Program-made: the position numbers and the translations under genes | NCBI RefSeq assembly: GCF_035285525.1 | Contig: NZ_JAYKGW010000042.1 | Span: 1 to 32,000, forward strand | Length of the DNA: 32,000 bases | Direction of reading: 5' to 3' | DNA from: Okeania sp. | GTDB taxonomy: Bacteria > Cyanobacteriota > Cyanobacteriia > Cyanobacteriales > Microcoleaceae | The notes under the pieces: generated by a model | Database searches by the model: none | Told to the model about the DNA's origin: nothing | What the model saw: the letters and a program-made list of their open reading frames with translations, nothing else | Part shown: positions 18,978 to 27,398 of the stretch, piece by piece | Numbering within the stretch: the first letter of the stretch is position 1 | Layout of the letters: the number at the start of each line of letters is the position of its first letter

Positions 18978-19090
18978 TAGATATCTCCAGAAAAGAAGGA
19001 ACAGGGAACATAGAAGGTGGGAATAGGGAAGAATAATTGATAATTTCGTATGAGAGAATTGATTTGAATTTTTATTTTTGGAGATGTCTA
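18978..19090. repeat. Family P element, copy 2 (113 bp).
   Basis: TAGATATCTCCAGAAAAG ... TTTTTGGAGATGTCTA with GGAACAG/GGAACAT/GGGAATA heptamers inside. Confidence 0.75.
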
Positions 19091-19092
19091 TT

Positions 19093-19215
19093 AGAGAGTG
19101 AACCTCCGACTAAATTCGGAGGCTTGAAATACTGATTTATCGGGAACCGTGTTAAAATTTTTTCATCCCCAAACAAGGGGAAGCTTTATACCTCTTTTTT
19201 TGGTAAAACTTTAGG
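19093..19215 (+). repeat. Family S element, copy 1 (AGAGAGTGAACCTCCGACTAAATTCGGAGGCTTGAAATACTGA ...), directly following the family P element.
   Basis: Aligns with 31261-31375, including the hairpin and the downstream block CATCCCC...GCTTTA.ACCT..TTTTTTTGGTAA. Confidence 0.7.
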
Positions 19216-19342
19216 AGTTTATTTCTAGTTTTTAATTTGTCATAACCTCTGAACGGATTGCTATATTCTTCTCAGATAAATACATAATTTTTTATGTGCC
19301 TATTTAAGTATACAAATTAAGTTTTATGGTGAGAAAAAAACT

Positions 19343-19436
19343 GTAGGGGTTTGAGTTCCAAATCCCTTGGTACTTGCTTGGGTTTAGAGACCAAACCCCT
19401 ACAATAAATCTTACAACCTTTTTAGGATTGCTATAG
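19343..19436 (+). repeat. Family H hairpin element, copy 3 (inverted relative to copies 1-2).
   Basis: GTAGGGGTTTGAGTTCCAAATCCC...GGGTTTAGAGACCAAACCCCTAC followed by the tail AATAAATCTTACAACCTTTTTAGGATTGCTATAG. Confidence 0.7.
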
Positions 19437-19492
19437 TATAATAACTGTTAGGGTACCTCCGACCCAGGAGGCTAACTGATAGCTGAAACGAC

Positions 19493-20344
19493 TTAATTAT
19501 TTTCTACTATATAATCAGTTGATTCTAATGCTTCCTTACCTTTTTGACTGAGAAGAAAATCAATAAATTCTTGAGTTCCAGAAGTAGGTTGAGGAGAAAA
19601 AACAATCCCAATAGTTTGAGTCATTTTATATTTACCATTCTGAATATTAACTTTGTTAGGAGCAACATTATCAATGCTAAGTATATTAACATTATCCTCT
19701 TTTAAATTTTCCCAGTTTGAGATAATACCAATACTATAAGGAGTAGTTTTTATCCCTTCCAGAAGTAGATCGTCATCTTGAAAAATAATAGCTTTTGATG
19801 TTATTTGAAAATTTTTTCCTATATAATGCTCTCGAAAAACTTCTTTTTCTGTTTCGTCTTCAGCTATATCTAATAAAACAATTTCCGCATCAGGTCCTCC
19901 TACCTCTTTCCAATTCGTAATAGTACCATTATAAATACCTTTAATTTGCTCAGTATTCAGATTAGAAACTCCTTGAACATTTTCATTAGTAATCAAAACC
20001 ACAAAATTTTTCACTACGGGAATATATTTCACATTTTCTGGTGTTTCTGTTATTGTTATTTCCTGACTAATAACTCCAATATTAATTACTCCATCTTGAA
20101 CACCTCGAATACCACCACTACTTTGACTATTAGGCATCAGAGTAACTTCAATAGAGTCATTTTCATAAGCATCAGCTAATATTTCCATGATCGGATAACC
20201 TTCAGAAGAACCACCTATTTTAATCTCTTCCTCGATAGTTTTTTGGCTTTCACTTACAGCATTATTTTCCCCTATACAACTGGTGAGAGTTACTAGAGTT
20301 AATATGCCGCCAATTAATGGAATTAATAAATTTTTTAATTTCAT
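19493..20344 (-). CDS. PstS-family (PBP-like 2) periplasmic substrate-binding lipoprotein, phosphate-binding type.
   Basis: 283-aa ORF with the lipobox LVTLTSC. It also has IKIGGSSEGYPIMEILADAY, SQSSGGIRGVQDGVINIGVIS and the family-typical IKGIYNGTITNWKEVGG. Confidence 0.8.
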   Translation of the reverse strand: MKLKNLLIPLIGGILTLVTLTSCIGENNAVSESQKTIEEEIKIGGSSEGYPIMEILADAYENDSIEVTLMPNSQSSGGIRGVQDGVINIGVISQEITITETPENVKYIPVVKNFVVLITNENVQGVSNLNTEQIKGIYNGTITNWKEVGGPDAEIVLLDIAEDETEKEVFREHYIGKNFQITSKAIIFQDDDLLLEGIKTTPYSIGIISNWENLKEDNVNILSIDNVAPNKVNIQNGKYKMTQTIGIVFSPQPTSGTQEFIDFLLSQKGKEALESTDYIVENN

Positions 20345-21191
20345 TTATCACTTGCTTAATACACAAATTGCTATTATAGTTTTACTAACCCAAATATAGC
20401 ATTCCGAAAATTTAACAGCCTTATATTTATCTATTCAAAAATAATCTCTGCAAGAATCTAAGCTTTTTTAAATTTCCCACCCTATTTCAGTTATCAGCAG
20501 GACTTACCTATTGGAGACGAGTTTCGGTCATTTGAGATTGCTATCCTCGCTGTCTCTCGTATCGGACAGAAATATTTTGCTTTGCGTAACCCGATCAGTT
20601 ATCGTTGATCATTTATTAGTTAAGTAGGTAGGTAAAAAAAATTATAAGTACGTCCGCAGCGACTAGAACGGAGTAGAACGAAACAATCTCAAGGGTTTTT
20701 ACTACTTTAACATTTCATTAAATAGGGCTAGCTGATTAAATATCAAAGCATTATTCAATAAAGGTTTCAGCCTTTTTTAGTCCGGAAAAAGTACCAGCTT
20801 TTAGGTCTTGAAAGCTAAAAGGTCTAGTATTTTTGGCTAATTGTGACAGAAAATTCAGAGATAGTTCTTCTGACTACCTCTTCTGTAATTCCCATTCCCA
20901 TACGGATGCTGGATTCACCGATTCTGACTCCTCCCCTTGCCAAAATACTTTTGAGCGCAAACCCTAAATAGTGGTGCTTATTTGCACCTATTTACTTATC
21001 AGTACAAATCTATACTTTATAAACATCTTCACTTAACAGAAAACTTGGGCATTATTGACAAGTTATAGATAAGTCTTAGTTAGGATTTTTGGGGAGAAAA
21101 ATATACTAAAAAACACTTTTTTTGGCGATCGCTTAAGTAGTTTTATTTATCTACTATGATGTTTTCTCCTTTCTCCCCTACCCCCTACTCC

Positions 21192-22298
21192 CTACTCAAG
21201 AATAGGAACTAAATTTTTGAGAGTAGCTTCCATAATATCTGTCGTTTGCGCTGAGACTGTATAAACTAGAGCTTCTCGGTAAACTCGTTGTGCTGCATGA
21301 CTTTGGTGATTCGCAGCTCCACTCGAAACAGTTACAGCAGCAGTAGCGCAAAGTTGAGCTAAATTAATAGCTTTTGCTCTGAGGTGGAGTTTTGTCGCAA
21401 AATCTGTATCAGGATTTTTATTAGCTAATTCTATAGAATTTCGACATTGAGTAACTTCTGTTTTTAGGGAATTTATAGCATCATTAATAAAAACTAGAGA
21501 TTTCTTTTCTGAAACTTTAATCATAATATCTATACCTGCCAAAGCACATCCTAAAGCAAAGGGAGTAAAGCCTAATATTTTTTTTCTGTCGTTTTCTTGA
21601 ACCCAGTTTACAGGTTGAATAGAAACTAAACGTTCATTAGATAAAAACCAATTTTTAACTGTAGCACTAACAGTATTAGTTGAATTAATAGCACACAAAG
21701 ACATAGGTTTTGAGAAAGTAATATTGCCATTTAATTGATTACTTTCAATAAAAGGTATCATCCCAAAAATTGCTCTGCCATCCGGTAATTTTGCAGCAAT
21801 AATAAACTCTTGAAATATACCCCAACCAGTTATCCAAGGCACAATTCCTTCTATATAATATCCACCTTGAGTAGGGAAAGCTTTGACTGGTACTTCCGCG
21901 CGTCGAAGTTGAGAAAAACCTACTCCTAATAAAATTTTTCCGTAGCTTAAATGAGGTAAATATTCTTCTTGTAATTGATAATTTTCACTTGATGCTAATA
22001 TTGCTGCTGCACTTTGATGTTGGGTTTGGAGAAAAGATAATGCACCAGAATATCTGGCTAGAAGTAATTGATAATTAAAATAATCTTGTCGAGCTAATTC
22101 TAAACCTCCCCACTTTTGCGGAATTTTTAACCCTAATAAACCTGATTTTCCTAGACTCATTAAAGCCTTTTCTAATTCTATTGGGTTAGTATCAATTTCA
22201 TTAGCTACGGGAACAACAGAATTTTGTAAAATTGAATAGACAATTTGTTCTATATTTTGGGTTCTTTCTGAATTTTTAGTGAGGGATGATATAGTCAT
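21192..22298 (-). CDS. Acyl-CoA dehydrogenase family protein.
   Basis: 368-aa ORF with overall ACAD-like layout (N-terminal helical IDTNPIELEKALMSLGKSGLLGLKIPQKWGG, a middle beta domain ..GGYYIEGIVPWITGWG, a C-terminal helical bundle). The substrate cannot be inferred. Confidence 0.75.
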   Translation of the reverse strand: MTISSLTKNSERTQNIEQIVYSILQNSVVPVANEIDTNPIELEKALMSLGKSGLLGLKIPQKWGGLELARQDYFNYQLLLARYSGALSFLQTQHQSAAAILASSENYQLQEEYLPHLSYGKILLGVGFSQLRRAEVPVKAFPTQGGYYIEGIVPWITGWGIFQEFIIAAKLPDGRAIFGMIPFIESNQLNGNITFSKPMSLCAINSTNTVSATVKNWFLSNERLVSIQPVNWVQENDRKKILGFTPFALGCALAGIDIMIKVSEKKSLVFINDAINSLKTEVTQCRNSIELANKNPDTDFATKLHLRAKAINLAQLCATAAVTVSSGAANHQSHAAQRVYREALVYTVSAQTTDIMEATLKNLVPILE

Positions 22299-22682
22299 AC
22301 TAAATGCGGTTTAGAAAGCATATTTACTGTCAAGGTAAGACAGAAGGAAGAGGGCAGAGGGCAGAAGGAAGAAGGGTTAAAATGATCTCTATAGAGAAAC
22401 CCTAAACATTTTTTTATTGTATTATATCAGAATTAAATTTTTAGGAAAAAATTGCAGTATTTTAGGTGAAATATTCTACATAAGCATTCAGCTATCAGCA
22501 ATAAAAACCTGAATCATAAGGAGGAGATTTAAAGGAATATAAGTTTAAAAACTAAATTTTGTAGTCAGAAAAATTTCTGATTTTTCGGGAACCGTATGAT
22601 AAAGCTTTTATGTTAAACTAAGAGCAATAGTTGAATGCTGACTACTGAATGCTGAATGCTTACTATTCCACTACCGAACTAA

Positions 22683-23256
22683 TTAATTTTCCCTATCAAA
22701 TACTGCCAAAACTGTTAGATTAATCTGTTTAAATCCAGGAGATAATATTAAATCATTACCAGAAAAATTACCGACTTCTATATAAGTTTTCCCTTTTAAT
22801 TCTAAGACTAATATACTTTGAGTTTCTGGGTCAACAATCCAATATTCAGGAATCCCACAATCTTGATATTGAATTCTTTTAGCAATATAATCTCTCTCTT
22901 TGTAAATCTCCCGGACTAACAACTTCAACAACTAATAAAGGAGGCAATATAGACAAGCGAATCGTATTCCTTTTTGATAATAATTGAATATGTTCTTCTC
23001 AGATAATAGTCAAATCTGGATAGGGATTTTTAGGTTCACCTCTTACCTCTAATTCTAATCATTGCCCCCGAACTCGACGATGACCTAAAATTAAAGCAAA
23101 TTGGAGGAATAAAAAATTAGCAATTTCTATATTTAAACCTGACTCTGGAGGCACTTCAATTAATTCTCCATTAAATAATTCATAGAACTTTTCTGAGTTA
23201 TTATTATAGGATAAATATTCTTCAAAAGTTTGAAATTTATAATTAGTTTTTAGCAT
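22683..23256 (-). pseudogene. Uma2-family (DUF820) putative endonuclease gene, inactivated by two in-frame TGA codons and one frameshift.
   Basis: N-terminal ORF 23059-23256 (..FEEYLSYNNNSEKFYELFNGELIEVPPESG..). After the TGA at 23059-23061 the same frame reads LELEVRGEPKNPYPDLTII, then a TGA at 22999-23001, then ..LPPLLVVEVVSPGDLQ. The frame then shifts in a (TC)n run at ~22890-22899 into ORF 22683-22931 (ERDYIAKRIQYQDCGIPEYWIVDPETQ...). Confidence 0.85.
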
Positions 23257-23990
23257 CAGATTGTTGAATTAGGGAGTAAGGAGTAGGGAGTAGTTAAGAA
23301 TTAGGAAAAATCGGAATTTATAGAACAGTTAATTTTTATCATAGCTGCCTTGATTTTTCTACTTAACTTTACCCCAAAATCCTCAATTTTTGATTTTCTT
23401 CCACAGACAGAAAAGAGCGTACTTTTTCTAGATATAAAAAGCCTAAACTTTTTTCTGTCAATACTTTTTTTGTATGTTTAATCAGCAAGCATTATTTATC
23501 ACTTTTTTTTCTTACTCTCTACTCCCTATAAAGATAAAGTTTGAAATTTATAATGAATTTTTAGCATCAGATTGTTGAATTAGGGAGTAGGGAGTAGGGA
23601 GTAGTTAAGAATTAGGAAAAATCGGAATTTATAGAACAGTTAATTTTTATCATAGCTGCCTTTATTTTTCTGACTAACTTTACCCCAAAATCCTCAATGT
23701 TTGATTTTTTTCCACAGACAGAAAAGAGCGTACTTTTTCTAGATATAAAAAGCCTAAACTTTTTTCTGTCAATACTTTTATATTTAATCAGCAAGTCTTA
23801 TTTATCAATTTTTTTCTTACTCTCTACTCCCTATAAAGTTGGAAATTTATAATTAAATTTTAGCATTAGATTAACTACTCCAGAACATATTATTCATCAC
23901 TTTTTTTCTATTCCCTACTCTCTACTCTCTACTCCCTATTCTTCAGATTGACTGCTCCAGAAATCAATAAATATTATTTCATTTTCATTA
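23226..23990 (-). repeat. Tandem repeat of the Uma2 5' region: two full units (311 and 299 bp) plus two degenerate partial units.
   Basis: Unit starts (AAGTTTGAAATTTATAAT / AAGTTGGAAATTTATAAT) are at 23226, 23537 and 23836. Each unit carries the reverse complement of ATGCTAAAA..TATAAATTTC.AACTT, which is the Uma2 start. Confidence 0.9.
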
Positions 23991-24037
23991 TGTTTTTAAT
24001 CTAACTAATAATGTAAAAAGCATTAAGAGGAAAAACC

Positions 24038-24112
24038 TTTTTCCTTCTTCCTTCTTCCTTCTTCCTTTTTCCTTCCTCGTTCCTACTCCCTACTCCCTAC
24101 TCCCTATTCTTC
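24038..24112. repeat. Composite heptamer array (CTTCCTT)n ... (TACTCCC)3, abutting the stop codon of the Usp-like gene.
   Basis: Read directly. Its reverse complement is GGAAGAA TAGGGAGTAGGGAGTAGGGAGTAGG ..16 nt.. GGAAGAAGGAAGAAGGAAGAAGG. Confidence 0.95.
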
Positions 24113-24547
24113 CTAATTTTCCTCAATATATTCTGCAATATTTGGTAATTTGCCAATCTTAGCAGTAAGTAACTGGGGACCAGCAACCACAATTTTAATT
24201 GCACCTTCTTCTACAAGCTCAAACAAATATTTCTCTATCTTAGGTCTTTCTATTACTTCCTCAATCTCTAATTCCACACCCTTTTCTTGTGCCTTACGTT
24301 TCACCCGCTTCAAAACATCATTAGCTAAAGCACGATAACCATCCAACATAGAATCTTGTAATTTATGCAAAGGATTAGAACCCAACCAACCAGTTTGCCC
24401 CAACTCACCAATAACATCGTGAACTGAATTATTATTAATAAAAAACACAACCCTCAAATTATTTTCATTTTGTTGTGCTTCTGAAACTGCTTTCCACATT
24501 GCCTTATCATAAGCATAAGGATTTGCCACCACCAACCAGATACTCAT
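24113..24547 (-). CDS. Small cytoplasmic protein, possibly universal-stress-protein-like (adenine nucleotide alpha-hydrolase fold). Co-transcribed with the SLC13 permease.
   Basis: 144-aa ORF that starts 3 nt after the permease stop codon. It has an alternating beta-alpha pattern (IWLVVANP.., LRVVFFINN.., IKIVVAGP). The function call is weak. Confidence 0.7.
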   Translation of the reverse strand: MSIWLVVANPYAYDKAMWKAVSEAQQNENNLRVVFFINNNSVHDVIGELGQTGWLGSNPLHKLQDSMLDGYRALANDVLKRVKRKAQEKGVELEIEEVIERPKIEKYLFELVEEGAIKIVVAGPQLLTAKIGKLPNIAEYIEEN

Positions 24548-24550
24548 TTA

Positions 24551-25978
24551 TTACACTCCCAACCCAAATAAAGGCCAATAAAATTTCGCCATTGCCAAAA
24601 ATATTAAAGTCCCCACTAATTTTAACAACAACCCACGCTTAAAAGCTTCAGAAGGGGATACATAACCACTACCAATAATAATAGCCATTACCGGGGTACT
24701 CACTGGTAACAAAAAAGCTATACCCGATGGTAAAGTAATACCCAAGGTCATTGCCCTGGGGTCTACTCCATATTGAGCAGCTAAAGCAAGTCCCACAGGC
24801 ATCAAAATAGCTACTGCCGCAGCATTACTCATTCCCTCTGTCAAAAAACCAACAATCAAAACCATTGCCACAAAACAAACCAGACCAGAATTAACCCATG
24901 ACCCCAACAAAGCTTCTGCCAATACTTGCGCTGCTCCTGTATCTCTTAAAATCGCACTTAAAGCAATGGCACTACCATACATCAAAAAAATACCCCAGTT
25001 AACATCTTCTTCTACTTCTTGCCAAGTTGCCAAACCACATACAAAGCTACACATAACTCCAAAAAATGCTATACTATCTAATCCCCAAACCTTTCCCTTA
25101 AAAATCCATAACAAAACTATTCCCGTTACTAATACCAATGTACCAATTTCTCTGGATGAAATTCCTCCTAAACTGTTGGCTCTAAGTTTCAAAAATTTTA
25201 GGGCATTAGATAAAGAAACTACTGTACCTTTACCTATTTGTAGTAGTACAACATAAGCAACTATTAACATTAGGATCACTAAAGGAATAGACCAAATAAA
25301 CCATTCGGCAAAAGTAATATCGTATTCTCCATTTGTGGTGCTGCGCAGCAACCCTAATGCTAGAGGCGCTCTCGCACCCCCCAGTAAAGTTGCGATACCA
25401 CCTATACTGCAACCCCATCCCAAGGCTAAAAATGCTGCTAGACCAAAACGACCTCCTGGTTTTGCTCCTGCTGCTTGCACAACTTCTATGACTACTGGAA
25501 ATAACATGGCCGTCACTGCATAAGAACTAATCACAAAGGACATTAAGGCCGAAAGAATTAATATAGAAGCAATTAAGGTATTTTGACTATTGCCAAAACG
25601 AGAAACTACTGCTAAAGCTAGACGAGTGCTAAGTCCAGAACGTTGAATAGGACTGGCGAGAATAAATGCTCCCAATACAAAGAATACTGCTTTGTTGCCA
25701 AAATAAGCATAAGTTTCTGTGGGAGACATACTACCGCTTAAAGGTATTAAAAATAGTACCATTAAACCTGTGACGGCAACTGGTAGAGTATTAGTTGCCC
25801 ACAGAAAAGCTGTAACTCCAAATACTGCTAATGCTCCTTTGGCTTCTTTTTCTACTCCAGTCATGGGGAATAAGAGAATGCCGATATAAATAAGTGCTGC
25901 AGCTACAAACCAAAGCCAACGGTACTGACGTTGATGAAGTATGCGTAACCAAGTACGAAGATGTTTGAGACTTTCCAT
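24551..25978 (-). CDS. SLC13/DASS-type (ArsB/NhaD superfamily) anion permease.
   Basis: 475-aa ORF that is highly hydrophobic, with about 12 or more TM segments and a two-fold internal repeat pattern (..TNTLPVAVTGLMVLFLIPL.. and ..EGMSNAAAVAILMPVGLAL..), typical of the family. The antisense ORFs inside it are rejected. Confidence 0.85.
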   Translation of the reverse strand: MESLKHLRTWLRILHQRQYRWLWFVAAALIYIGILLFPMTGVEKEAKGALAVFGVTAFLWATNTLPVAVTGLMVLFLIPLSGSMSPTETYAYFGNKAVFFVLGAFILASPIQRSGLSTRLALAVVSRFGNSQNTLIASILILSALMSFVISSYAVTAMLFPVVIEVVQAAGAKPGGRFGLAAFLALGWGCSIGGIATLLGGARAPLALGLLRSTTNGEYDITFAEWFIWSIPLVILMLIVAYVVLLQIGKGTVVSLSNALKFLKLRANSLGGISSREIGTLVLVTGIVLLWIFKGKVWGLDSIAFFGVMCSFVCGLATWQEVEEDVNWGIFLMYGSAIALSAILRDTGAAQVLAEALLGSWVNSGLVCFVAMVLIVGFLTEGMSNAAAVAILMPVGLALAAQYGVDPRAMTLGITLPSGIAFLLPVSTPVMAIIIGSGYVSPSEAFKRGLLLKLVGTLIFLAMAKFYWPLFGLGV

Positions 25979-26588
25979 TGATTATGAATAATTTTTGACC
26001 AGGTAATTTGATTATTGTTGTTATATGAGAGAGGGAACTCACCACTACTGTTCCTGGGAAGGGAATAATTGATAATTTCTGGATTAGTAATAGGGAACAG
26101 GAAGGGTGAAAAATTAATCTATTAATCTAATTATGACAAAGTAATTCTTTATAATATCATGGTTAAAATTTTAAGTTAATAAATTATTATAATTAAGCAC
26201 TCAGTTATCAGCTATCATCTATTAGTAATTATTCATTACTTCTGAGCTTTGGGAAGAGAGTTTCGACAGTAACTTTTTATTCTTTATCAAGAATAAAGTT
26301 GGTTTTACTCTCTCCTAAATTAATAGCTAATTTCTAATAGCTGACGGCTGTTTGCTTACTTTAAATAGAACTTTAAAATTTCTGTTTTATCAGGATTGAA
26401 AATTTGTTTTTTTGTCAGTAAAAAGTTATTAGGAATAGGCTCTTACTCCGGAATGCTATGAGAAAAGCTTTTCCTGGGTTATGATAATTTTTAACTTTGA
26501 TTTGGAAAATAATTCTTCCTGCCAAAATAATGGATTAATAATTCATAGCTGATAACTGAATGCTTATATTTTTTAGAGGATTTTGTGA

Positions 26589-27182
26589 ATGGAAAATAAT
26601 CATCAAATTGGCGTAACAGTATGGTTTACTGGTTTAAGTTGTGCTGGTAAAACTACTCTAAGTTTAGCTGTAGGAGAAGAGTTGCGATCGCTTGGTTATA
26701 ATGTAGAAATTCTTGATAGTATGATTATTCGTCAAGATATTGGGAAAAATTTAGGTTTTAGTCAAGCAGATCGAGAGGAAAATATCCGCAGAATTGGTTT
26801 TTTAGCTCATCTTTTAACTCGTAATAATTTAATAGTTTTAGTATCTGCTATTTCTCCTTATCAAGAAGTTCGTTCTGAGGTTAAAAAACGCATTGGGAAC
26901 TTTATTGAAGTATATGTTAATGCTCCGTTAGAAGTTTGTGAAGCACGGGATAGTAAAGGACTTTATAAACTTGCTAGAACAGGAGAAATTAAATAATTTA
27001 CTGGTATTGATTTACCTTATGAAGCACCATCTAATCCTGATGTTGAATGCCATACTGACTTAGAAACAGTAACAGAAAGTAAGGAAAAAGTTATTTCCAA
27101 AATGGTGGATTTAGGTTATCTAAAAGTTCACAGTTTTGCTAATAGTAATCCTGATTTTTTAAGAATAGGGAGTAGGGAGTAG
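26589..27182 (+). pseudogene. cysC: Adenylyl-sulfate (APS) kinase reading frame interrupted by an in-frame TAA at 26994-26996. The ORF-track CDS is 26589-26996.
   Basis: VWFTGLSCAGKTTLS (P-loop), LGFSQADREENIRRIGF, VLVSAISPY, FIEVYVNAPLEVCEARDSKGLYKLARTGEIK, then TAA, then the same frame continues FTGIDLPYEAPSNPDVECHTD. This matches the canonical ...GE(I/L)(K/R)xFTGID.PYE.P... of APS kinases. The extended frame ends at a TAG inside the GGGAGTA array (27180-27182). Confidence 0.8.
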
Positions 27183-27275
27183 GGAGTAGGGAGCACAAAG
27201 ACGGAAGACGGAAGAAGGAAGACGGAAGAAGGAAGAAGGAAGAAGGAAGAAGGAAGAAGGAAGAAGGAAGAAGGA
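27166..27275. repeat. Composite heptamer array (GGGAGTA)x4 followed by (GGAAGAC/GGAAGAA) x~11.
   Basis: Read directly. Confidence 0.95.
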
Positions 27276-27398
27276 TTAATAGCAAATCCTTTTTTTTAAA
27301 CTCTTTGTGTAATTCTTAATGATAATTCAATAGACATCAGATAAGACTAAAATTTGTGCGGGTAAGATTCCCGCACTGGTAATACAAAAAGGTATGAG

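Noticed and set aside
23612-23794. 60-aa minus-strand ORF inside the 311-bp tandem repeat.
   Set aside because: It is Lys/Ile/Ser-rich and AT-driven, and it lies in the promoter-like part of the repeat. The equivalent frame in unit 1 is not listed in the ORF track (under 60 aa), so it is not conserved.
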